DNA of 47,547 nt, taken from positions 1 through 47,547 of IMG/VR virus record IMGVR_UViG_3300032280_000673; one strand, written 5' to 3'. Below the pieces are notes generated by a model, which was not told where the DNA came from, searched no databases, and saw only the letters and a program-made list of their open reading frames with translations. The position numbers and the translations under genes were made by a program. This document shows positions 27,330 through 35,665 of this stretch, piece after piece (the stretch's first letter is position 1; each line of letters starts with the position of its first letter). The DNA comes from a virus. Its lineage: Duplodnaviria > Caudoviricetes.

Positions 27330-30300
27330 ATGGCAGCTATATTTCAATTAAGAAGGGGTTCGGGTTCAGCACAATTAGTGGATGGTGAATTATATGTACA
27401 TAAAGGACCAGATTCGTTACAATATGCAGTAGGTACTAGAGAAATTACTTTAGCAAAATTAGATGAACTGAATACGGGTTCATTATATTTAAGCGGAGAT
27501 ATTACTGCATCAAATATGTTTATTAGTGGTAATTTACATATATCTGGAAATTTAATTTTAGGAAATAGTGGTTCTGATACGATTACTGCAACCGGTGAAT
27601 TTACATCTAATTTAATACCAAACCCAACGGACACTTATAATTTAGGTAGTGATACAAAGAGATGGGGAAGAATGTTTGTAAATAGTGTATCCGCATCTGC
27701 ATTTACTGGTTCTCTTTTTGGTATGGGTGACCCGACATCATTTAGTACATCGGTAGATACAAGATTGGATTTTTTAGAAGGCCCTTTTAGTACATCGGTT
27801 GATAGTAGAATAGATTTATTAGAAACCGCAATGTCTGGTTCAAATCGATTATACGTTTCACCGAGTGGTAGTGATAGTAACGATGGTACTGAACAAAATC
27901 CATTTAGAACAATTAAAGCAGCAGTTGAATCATTAGGTTCTGCGGTTTTCACAAATACAAAAAGATATACAATTTTTGTAGGTAGTGGTAATTATACCGA
28001 ACAAAATCCAATAACACTTCCACCTGGACTTGCAATAGTTGGTGATAATTTGAGGACAGTTAGATTAACTGCAGCAAATCCCAAAAAAGATTATTTTCAT
28101 TGTCACGATGGAAACTACTTTTATGGTTTAAGATTTTTAAATTTACAAAATCCTTCATTCTGTTTTTCATACCCATGTTCTACCGCAACTGGTTCTATTA
28201 GTGCAGGAGGTGTTAGTTCTATTGGAGTAGTACATTCTATGACAGGATATACTGATGGAAATAATCAGGATTTAGGAATTATTATAGAAGGTCCAGATGC
28301 AAGTGGAAGTATAGCTACTGCAACTGCAAATGTTGTAGGTGGAGTTATTACACAAATAAATGTGGTAAGTGGTGGTACAAATTATACAACAACGGAAAAA
28401 CCCCACATATCAATTCCAGCTCCTTTGTCAAAAAGACCAATAATCACCACATCACCATATATTCAAAACTGTTCCTCAATTACAGGTCCGTTTACAACCG
28501 ATGGTACTTTATTATCTCCTGCACTTGGAGACACAAATTATGCACCATTACCATATAACATAAATGATGTACGAAATGCATCTAATGCAGTAATCGGTTC
28601 AGGTGTAATAGATGAGCAAGGAGCAGGTGGTGGTATTAGAATCGATGGTAACTTAGTACATCCATCATCTCCATTAGAATCGTTTGTAGCAGATGCATTT
28701 ACTCAAGTTAATCAGGGTGGACCAGGTCATTTGGTAATCAACAAAGGATATGCACAATTCGTATCTTGTTTTACTACATTTTGTACCTATGGTTTCAAAG
28801 TAGTAAATGGTGGTTTTGCAAATATTTCAAATTCAGTAATTGACTTTGGTACAAAAGGTTTAGTATCTAAAACATATTTTCCTCAAACATATAATACAGG
28901 TTCTTCTTTAGAAACATTATCTTCATATGTAACATCCGCAGAAATATTGCAAGATGGTGCTGGATATACTGGTTCAATAGCAAGTGTCACTATATCAGGT
29001 GGTGGAGGAACGGGTGCAATAGCAACTGCATCGGTAAATGTATTTGGTTCAATTGATGACATTGTTATAACAAATTCAGGAAGTGGATATACATCCGAAC
29101 CTAATTTAACAATAGCAACACCTACGGGAGCAAGCCCAATACAGGCAACAGTTGTGGGTGGTAAAGCAAATATTAGTGGAATTCCATCTATAAAATTTCA
29201 ATTACAAAGTGGAAGTAGAGGTGTGGATGTTTCTTCAAATATGATTTTTAACGGAATTGATTATTTAGTTACAAGTGTAGCAACTGGAAGTAACGGAAAT
29301 GAAAGATATGTATCAACATACCCATCTCCACCATCGGTAACAACCGGTGATAAAGTATATTTCCACCAATTATCAAACATCTCAACAGGTGGATTGGTAA
29401 TGGAGTATGTTGGTAGTGGTGTAACTTATAACGCACTTCCAAAATTTGGTGGTGTTCCAAATAGAAATAGAGAAATTACGGAATATGCACCAGGTAGAGT
29501 ATTTTATTCAACAGTTGACAACATTGGTAATATAAAAATTGGTGATTTCTTTGCAGTAAATCAATTAACAGGAGAAGTAACAATTGATGCAAGGTCATTC
29601 AATTTATCAGGCATTAATAACATCGGCCCATTCAAAAGAAATGGTGTAGCAGTTGGTGTTGTTTTACAAGAAGTTAGTAATAATACAACATTATTAGATT
29701 CTCAATTTCAATATGGTGAAACTACTGTTCCAACACAATTTGCAGTAAAAGGATATATTGATATTAGAGATGGTAGATTAAATAATTTAGAAACATTTAC
29801 GGCATCTATTTCTGGAACAAATGCATTTACATCATCTACAACAGGTAGATTAAATAATTTAGAAAGTAAATCAGCAAGTGTTGATATTTCATTAACAGAA
29901 TTAAATGCATATACATCATCTCTTAAACAGGCAATAACTGTTACTGGTACAGACGCTGCATCAACTACTACAATTAAAGGAAATTTGGTAGTTCAAGGAA
30001 CACAAACCACATTAGATTCAACTACAATTCAATTGGGTGATAATATTATTGAATTAAATGGTACCGGAGTTACAAATGGTGGATTATTAGTTAAAGACCC
30101 AACCAACGCATCAACTATTTCTGGTTCTCTATTATGGGATTCAACTTTAGATTATTGGAAAGGTGGTAAAAAAGATTTAGAATCAAAAATATTATTAGCA
30201 GGTGGAGATGGAGTTCTTTCGGGTTCAACTGATTTTTCTGCATTTTCGACATCGGTGGATAGTAGATTATCAAATTTAGAAACTAAATCGGCAAGTGTTG

Positions 30301-31547
30301 ATACTAGTATTACAAATATTAACTCTACAACTGCAAGTTTAAACACTTCGATTTCTAATTTAAACGGAGCAACCGCAAGTTTATATACTTCAGCATCTTT
30401 AATGACTGCATCAATCGTATCATTAACATCATCGGTTGTTGCATTACAATCTTTCAGTGGAAATGTTAATAGTAGATTTGATAATTTACAAACATATACA
30501 ACATCAGTAGATAGTAGATTTACAACTTTGGGAACTTATACAGCAAGTGTTAATCAAACTACCGCGAGTTTAAATTCATTTACAGAATCTACTAATACCA
30601 GATTGGGATTATTAGAAACATCAACTGGAAGTTTAAATACATTTAGTAGTTCAACTTTAAGTAGATTGGGATTATTAGAAACATCAACTGGAAGTTTAAA
30701 TATATTTAGTGCAAGTGTAATATCTTCATTAGAAAAAATATACCAAAGTACATCTTCTTTAAATTTATTTAGTGCAAGTGTGACCGCATCTTTAGTGAGA
30801 ATAACTGCATCAATTGTTGACCATGAGGAAAGAATTTCTTATGTAGAAGGAATTGGTGGAATTAGTGGTGGAAATCCATTAACACCATTAAATCAATTTT
30901 CTGCATCTGCTAAAATTTCAATAACAAATTTAGAAGCAGTAACGGGAAGTTATGAAACAAATGGTAGAGGAATTGTAAGTGGTAGTTCACAGATAGTTCC
31001 ATTATTACCTACGGGAGTAATTAGTGGTTCTATACAAATATTGGGTGGAAGTGGAATTGTAAGTGGAGCAGCTCAGGTGACCCCATTATTACCTACTGGA
31101 GTAATTAGTGGTTCTTCACAAATATTGGGTGGTTCTACAATTCATAGTGGTTCATCCGGTGATTATCAATTTAATTCAATTGGTGTTGGTTCAACAACTA
31201 CAGCAAGTGGAGTAAATGGTGAAATTAGAGCACAAGGTGATATTACCGCATATTATTCTTCGGATGAAAGATTGAAAGAAAATATTCAACCAATAGTAGA
31301 TGCGTTATCAAAAGTTGAATCAATTAGTGGTAACACATATGATTGGAAAACAGGATTTGAAACAATACATTCTCATACAGGTAATGACATTGGTGTAATT
31401 GCACAAGAAGTTGAAAAAGTATTACCTGAAGTTGTAACTAATAGAGAAACCGGTTATAAAGCAGTTCAATACGAAAAAATTGTACCACTATTAATTGAAG
31501 CAATAAAAGAATTATCTGCAAAAGTAAAGGAATTGGAAAAGAAATAG
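27330..31547 (+). CDS. Large fibre/tailspike with pectin-lyase-like beta-helix region, coiled coil and S74 chaperone
   Basis: LYVSPSGSDSNDGTEQNPFRTIKAAV...IFVGSGNYTE...IVGDNLRTV; C-terminus SSDERLKENI...GNTYDW...GVIAQEVEKVLPEVV...V.YEKIVPLLIEAIKEL. Confidence 0.85.
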   Translation: MAAIFQLRRGSGSAQLVDGELYVHKGPDSLQYAVGTREITLAKLDELNTGSLYLSGDITASNMFISGNLHISGNLILGNSGSDTITATGEFTSNLIPNPTDTYNLGSDTKRWGRMFVNSVSASAFTGSLFGMGDPTSFSTSVDTRLDFLEGPFSTSVDSRIDLLETAMSGSNRLYVSPSGSDSNDGTEQNPFRTIKAAVESLGSAVFTNTKRYTIFVGSGNYTEQNPITLPPGLAIVGDNLRTVRLTAANPKKDYFHCHDGNYFYGLRFLNLQNPSFCFSYPCSTATGSISAGGVSSIGVVHSMTGYTDGNNQDLGIIIEGPDASGSIATATANVVGGVITQINVVSGGTNYTTTEKPHISIPAPLSKRPIITTSPYIQNCSSITGPFTTDGTLLSPALGDTNYAPLPYNINDVRNASNAVIGSGVIDEQGAGGGIRIDGNLVHPSSPLESFVADAFTQVNQGGPGHLVINKGYAQFVSCFTTFCTYGFKVVNGGFANISNSVIDFGTKGLVSKTYFPQTYNTGSSLETLSSYVTSAEILQDGAGYTGSIASVTISGGGGTGAIATASVNVFGSIDDIVITNSGSGYTSEPNLTIATPTGASPIQATVVGGKANISGIPSIKFQLQSGSRGVDVSSNMIFNGIDYLVTSVATGSNGNERYVSTYPSPPSVTTGDKVYFHQLSNISTGGLVMEYVGSGVTYNALPKFGGVPNRNREITEYAPGRVFYSTVDNIGNIKIGDFFAVNQLTGEVTIDARSFNLSGINNIGPFKRNGVAVGVVLQEVSNNTTLLDSQFQYGETTVPTQFAVKGYIDIRDGRLNNLETFTASISGTNAFTSSTTGRLNNLESKSASVDISLTELNAYTSSLKQAITVTGTDAASTTTIKGNLVVQGTQTTLDSTTIQLGDNIIELNGTGVTNGGLLVKDPTNASTISGSLLWDSTLDYWKGGKKDLESKILLAGGDGVLSGSTDFSAFSTSVDSRLSNLETKSASVDTSITNINSTTASLNTSISNLNGATASLYTSASLMTASIVSLTSSVVALQSFSGNVNSRFDNLQTYTTSVDSRFTTLGTYTASVNQTTASLNSFTESTNTRLGLLETSTGSLNTFSSSTLSRLGLLETSTGSLNIFSASVISSLEKIYQSTSSLNLFSASVTASLVRITASIVDHEERISYVEGIGGISGGNPLTPLNQFSASAKISITNLEAVTGSYETNGRGIVSGSSQIVPLLPTGVISGSIQILGGSGIVSGAAQVTPLLPTGVISGSSQILGGSTIHSGSSGDYQFNSIGVGSTTTASGVNGEIRAQGDITAYYSSDERLKENIQPIVDALSKVESISGNTYDWKTGFETIHSHTGNDIGVIAQEVEKVLPEVVTNRETGYKAVQYEKIVPLLIEAIKELSAKVKELEKK

Positions 31548-31556
31548 ATATTTATA
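31548..31556 (+). promoter_or_regulatory. Putative late promoter ATATTTATA
   Basis: Immediately after the stop at 31547; would drive 31607 and the glycosyltransferase. Confidence 0.65.
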
Positions 31557-31606
31557 AGGGTATAATAAATTCATTATACTTTAACTAAAAAAAAGAGTAA
31601 ACTAAA

Positions 31607-32848
31607 ATGGGACTTAAATTTAGACGCGGTAGTACCGCACAACAATCCGGTTCATTAGCATTTGGAGAACCATATGTGAACACCACATTGGGAACATTAG
31701 TAGTCGGTGGAGCTACAGGTGATATCATACTATCATCAACAGGTACAGGAAGTACTGGAAACTTTGGAGCTATTTCAGGTTCTGGATTAGATATTACCGG
31801 AAATGCAAATATTGCAGGTAACTTAACATTAGGTGGAGCAATCACAATTGGTGATGCAACTGCAGATACTGTAAATGTTGTAGCATCTTTAAGTTCTTCA
31901 CTTATTCCTCAAACAACAAACGCATTTGATTTAGGTTCTGCAACTAAAATTTGGAAAGATTTATATATCTCAACAGGTTCTATTAAGTTTGTAGCAGGAA
32001 CTACAGTTGTAAAAGAACTTAGTTTAGCAACATTAACTTCATTAGAAGCTGCAACAGGTTCGTCAAATGTATCAATAACAAATTTAAATACAACAACTGC
32101 AAGTTTAAATACTTCGGTTTCTAATTTAAACACAACAACTGCAAGTTTATTGATTGAAACTTCTAATTTAGAATTATTTAGTGGTTCTGCATTAGGTAGA
32201 TTGAGTAATTTAGAATCATTTACATCTTCTATTGATACAACAATTAAGACAAAATTAAATACAGAAACAGTTGTAAGTGGTTCATCTCAAATTACGGCAG
32301 GTTCTACTACAAATTTTGCAACTGATGTAAAAACTCAATTAAACTCAAATACAGTAGTTAGTGGTTCTTCACAAGTAACTTTAAGTTCAACAACTGGATA
32401 TGGTTCAGTTATTAACCAAAACTTATTAACTACTTCAAATGTACAACACGCTTCATTGGGTATTGGAATGGCAGCAAGTGGAACATCTGGTAGAATTGAT
32501 GCAGCAAATGATGTTGTAGCATTCTCATCTTCAGATATTCGTTTCAAAGAAAACATTACTCCAATCGAAAATGCATTGGATAAGATTTCTAAGATTAGTG
32601 GTAACACATACGATTGGAAAGCTGAAAATAAAGTTGAACATGGATACGAAGGAAATGATGTGGGTGTAATTGCACAAGAAATTGAAGCAGTATTACCTCA
32701 ATTAGTTCAAACAAGAGAAAGTGGATATAAAGCAGTTAAATACGATAAATTAGTAGCATTATTAATTGAAGGTATCAAAGAACAACAAACACAAATTCAT
32801 TCTTTAACAATCGAAATCGAAAAGTTAAAAGAATCAAAAGGTTTATAA
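31607..32848 (+). CDS. Short fibre with S74 chaperone
   Basis: MGLKFRRG...LAFGEPYVNT; C-terminus SSDIRFKENI...GVIAQEIEAVLPQLV...VKYDKLVALLIEGIKE. Confidence 0.85.
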   Translation: MGLKFRRGSTAQQSGSLAFGEPYVNTTLGTLVVGGATGDIILSSTGTGSTGNFGAISGSGLDITGNANIAGNLTLGGAITIGDATADTVNVVASLSSSLIPQTTNAFDLGSATKIWKDLYISTGSIKFVAGTTVVKELSLATLTSLEAATGSSNVSITNLNTTTASLNTSVSNLNTTTASLLIETSNLELFSGSALGRLSNLESFTSSIDTTIKTKLNTETVVSGSSQITAGSTTNFATDVKTQLNSNTVVSGSSQVTLSSTTGYGSVINQNLLTTSNVQHASLGIGMAASGTSGRIDAANDVVAFSSSDIRFKENITPIENALDKISKISGNTYDWKAENKVEHGYEGNDVGVIAQEIEAVLPQLVQTRESGYKAVKYDKLVALLIEGIKEQQTQIHSLTIEIEKLKESKGL

Positions 32849-32851
32849 TAA

Positions 32852-33850
32852 ATGTATGATGTATATTACACCACCGCTGGAGGACCCTGGTTCAATAGTG
32901 GTGCTGATATATGGGTAACTAATTGGATAAAAGAAGTGGCACCTGATTTAGAAGTCAAGCCACTTCTTCTTTTCCATAGGCACAAACCTACAAATTACGA
33001 AGAATTTCCAATCGATATAGACCATATTTGGGAAACATCCGAAGATAAAATTATTGAAATATTAGAAGGTGCAAGACGCATACATATATTGCATGGCCAT
33101 TATACTCCAACCAGAGCTATTCATCAAAATTTAGAAAAAATTGATTCCATAGTGTTTCATAATCTTACAAAAGTGTCTTTAATGGCACAGATGGGAAAAG
33201 ATGAATATTTACATTGGTACGGAAATTGGGAATATGAAAACGAATTAATAAACAAAATTAAAAATAAAGTTTGGGTAGGATTATATCATTTTCCATATGA
33301 AACGGAAAATTTACATCATATTCCAAATAATTATACATTTACGCAAAACAAAGAACTTTCGGAATCCATTAAAATTGGATACGCAGCAAGAGTTGAAGGT
33401 AGAAAAAATGTTGAATATATGGATGGATTGGGTGGATTTATTTCTACTAATTCAGAAACATTCAACAAATATTATAAAAAGAAATATGGATACAAATTTG
33501 AAAAAGCAAAAGTTTACAAGTTTGATTACAAATATAAAGAAAGGTTCTACGAACTTGATTGGGGAATATCTCACTCTTGCTTTGAATTTGAACCATTCGG
33601 ATATGGAATTTTTGAAGCAGTGGATTGGGGGAAACTTCCAATATTACATGAAAAGTGGCATGTTCCACTTGATTATAAATACAAAGCGTTTGACGAGGTA
33701 TCATTTAAGGAAACCTACAAAACAATTTGTGAAGATGATTATGAAACCCGTAAAGCAGAGTTTGAAAAACTTAAAAAATGGATGAGTGAAAACTTTTCAA
33801 ACAAAGATGTATGGAAAGACAAACTTTTAGATATTTATAACGGAGAATAA
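32852..33850 (+). CDS. GT-B (GT4-like) glycosyltransferase
   Basis: N-terminal Gly loop (GGPWFNSGAD.W); IGYAARVEGRKNV; E-x7-E motif EPFGYGIFEAVDWGKLPI. Confidence 0.78.
   Translation: MYDVYYTTAGGPWFNSGADIWVTNWIKEVAPDLEVKPLLLFHRHKPTNYEEFPIDIDHIWETSEDKIIEILEGARRIHILHGHYTPTRAIHQNLEKIDSIVFHNLTKVSLMAQMGKDEYLHWYGNWEYENELINKIKNKVWVGLYHFPYETENLHHIPNNYTFTQNKELSESIKIGYAARVEGRKNVEYMDGLGGFISTNSETFNKYYKKKYGYKFEKAKVYKFDYKYKERFYELDWGISHSCFEFEPFGYGIFEAVDWGKLPILHEKWHVPLDYKYKAFDEVSFKETYKTICEDDYETRKAEFEKLKKWMSENFSNKDVWKDKLLDIYNGE
33831..33839 (+). promoter_or_regulatory. Putative late promoter ATATTTATA (inside the glycosyltransferase 3' end)
   Basis: 22 nt before ATG 33862. Confidence 0.55.
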
Positions 33851-33861
33851 TACATAAAAAT

Positions 33862-35595
33862 ATGCCAAAGACAAACTTATCATTAGGTAACTTATATAGA
33901 GCAACACAAGGTTCGGCAAGAACCACTCAAGCAGTTTCATTAAACGCTATGAATGCATCTGCAGGGACAGCAGCATCTATGATTGGATTTGCAGTTGATT
34001 CCATAACAATAAACCAACCAACTTATACATATATTGTAGAAAGTACATCAGAAACGGCAACCTTTTCATTTGGTTCGGCCGGTTCTTTACATGGAACTAG
34101 AGTTGGTAGTGTGGCTGCAAATTATTCGGTAACATTTGATAATGCAAATTTTTCAGTAGGTTCTCCGACATTAGGAGCATCTCCATCGTTTCCAATTACA
34201 CCCGCAGCAATCAACGCATCAAACTATTCCGAAGCACAATCTACATTGTCAATGACATATGTAGACGGATATAATTTAAATGCAACAAATTATAACTCAA
34301 CGTCTACAAAAGTATTATATGCAGTGGATGTTTATAATACAATCAACCAACCTGATTTTTGTTTACTATTTGGTACACAAATTGAATTGGCAAATGGTAC
34401 AATGGTAAATGTTGAAGATTTAAATGTAGGAGATGAAATTAAATCTTGGGTACCTGCAGGTTTACCTGATGAAAATTTAGACCCAGAAAGTGACCAAGTT
34501 GAATGGAGATTTTATCATTCAGATACTTTAGTAGGTTCTGCACAAAATGTAACAGTTAGTGATTTAACTTTCAATTTTGCACAAGGATATTTTTCATTGA
34601 ACGATGGTTTAATCAAAGCAACTGAAACTCACCCACTATATGTTTGGGATAATGAGATTGGTAAATATAAATTTAAAAATGTAGGTGATATATTACCTGG
34701 AGATAGATTAGTAATGCAAGATGAAACTGAAGTTGAAGTTACTAATATTGAAATTGTAACAGATGATGTTGAAATTGCAACTGTAAATGTAGAAGAAGCC
34801 GATGTGTATATTTCAAATGGTTTGATTTCACATAACAAAGGAACAACTACACAACCAGCAATACCTGCAAGTGGATTGAGAATGTATTTAGAACCTGCAA
34901 AAACGGCATCATTTGCAGCTGGGACATTACCATCAACGGGTACTCCAATTGTGGATGTATTAGACATGAGTGGATATGGAACGGGTGTTAGACCTGGAGC
35001 ACAATCTCCTTTATCATTAGCAGGTAGTAACCCATCATACAATAATGGTGCAAGTAGAAAAGAAAGATACTATTCTTTTGATGGTGGTGATTTATTTTAT
35101 AAAGATATTGCATCAAATATAAATGGTGGCATTTCTCAATTCAATACTAATACTGGTACAATTCATATGTGGATAAGACCTACAACAACATTGGGAACAT
35201 CTACAAGACATATTTTTGATTACGCTGGATTTTATGGTTTGGCAGTCGAATCAACCGATAGTTCTACTTTAAATAGAGTTAGATTTTATGGTAGTTCATT
35301 AGGAAATAGTGCACAATTAACGACTTCATTATCATCAAATGTATGGTATATGATTTCAGCAACATTCCAACCAAGTGGTACAACTACAGTTTATGTAGAT
35401 GGAACATCAGTTGGAACATTTACAGCATCTGCATTTACTGCACCTGCATCTACTAACTATTTAACAATTGGTAGTAATAGTGCAAGAACATCATTTTGGA
35501 ACGGCCAAATAGGGCCGGTATTGTTCTATAATGTATTACAAAATTCGACAAAAGTAACAGAAACATATAATTACTTCTCACCAACATATAAATAA
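33862..35595 (+). CDS. Virion protein: N-terminal beta domain, Hint (intein-like) domain and C-terminal LamG lectin
   Basis: Hint CLLFGTQIELANG...ATETHP...YISNGLISHN; LamG TIHMWIRP...WYMISATF...YVDG...WNGQIGPVLFYN. Confidence 0.85.
   Translation: MPKTNLSLGNLYRATQGSARTTQAVSLNAMNASAGTAASMIGFAVDSITINQPTYTYIVESTSETATFSFGSAGSLHGTRVGSVAANYSVTFDNANFSVGSPTLGASPSFPITPAAINASNYSEAQSTLSMTYVDGYNLNATNYNSTSTKVLYAVDVYNTINQPDFCLLFGTQIELANGTMVNVEDLNVGDEIKSWVPAGLPDENLDPESDQVEWRFYHSDTLVGSAQNVTVSDLTFNFAQGYFSLNDGLIKATETHPLYVWDNEIGKYKFKNVGDILPGDRLVMQDETEVEVTNIEIVTDDVEIATVNVEEADVYISNGLISHNKGTTTQPAIPASGLRMYLEPAKTASFAAGTLPSTGTPIVDVLDMSGYGTGVRPGAQSPLSLAGSNPSYNNGASRKERYYSFDGGDLFYKDIASNINGGISQFNTNTGTIHMWIRPTTTLGTSTRHIFDYAGFYGLAVESTDSSTLNRVRFYGSSLGNSAQLTTSLSSNVWYMISATFQPSGTTTVYVDGTSVGTFTASAFTAPASTNYLTIGSNSARTSFWNGQIGPVLFYNVLQNSTKVTETYNYFSPTYK
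34360..34836 (+). other. Hint domain (159 aa, Cys167-Asn325), no endonuclease, +1 residue Lys
   Basis: Block A Cys, block B TxxH (TETH), terminal His-Asn followed by Lys. Confidence 0.85.
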
Positions 35596-35621
35596 AAATT
35601 ATTGTTTTGACATAAATTTTT

Positions 35622-35630
35622 ATATTTATA
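35622..35630 (+). promoter_or_regulatory. Putative late promoter ATATTTATA
   Basis: Intergenic, before the sheath gene. Confidence 0.7.
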
Positions 35631-35665
35631 TTGAGAATTAGTAAATTTAAATTAAAGCATATAAA

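Larger units (their letters stand above)
23131..27416 (+). repeat. Imperfect ~132-bp direct repeat (23131-23262 and 27284-27416) flanking a 4-kb fibre and tip module
   Basis: The first 28 nt are identical (aagaaaaaagatattattatatttataa); then MAAIFQ[I/L]RRGSGS..LVDGELYV.KGPDS is encoded in both copies. Confidence 0.9.

Noticed and set aside
34360-34836. Canonical mobile intein
   Set aside because: The +1 residue is Lys, there is no endonuclease, and the host protein is a variable adhesin; treated as an intein-like Hint domain.
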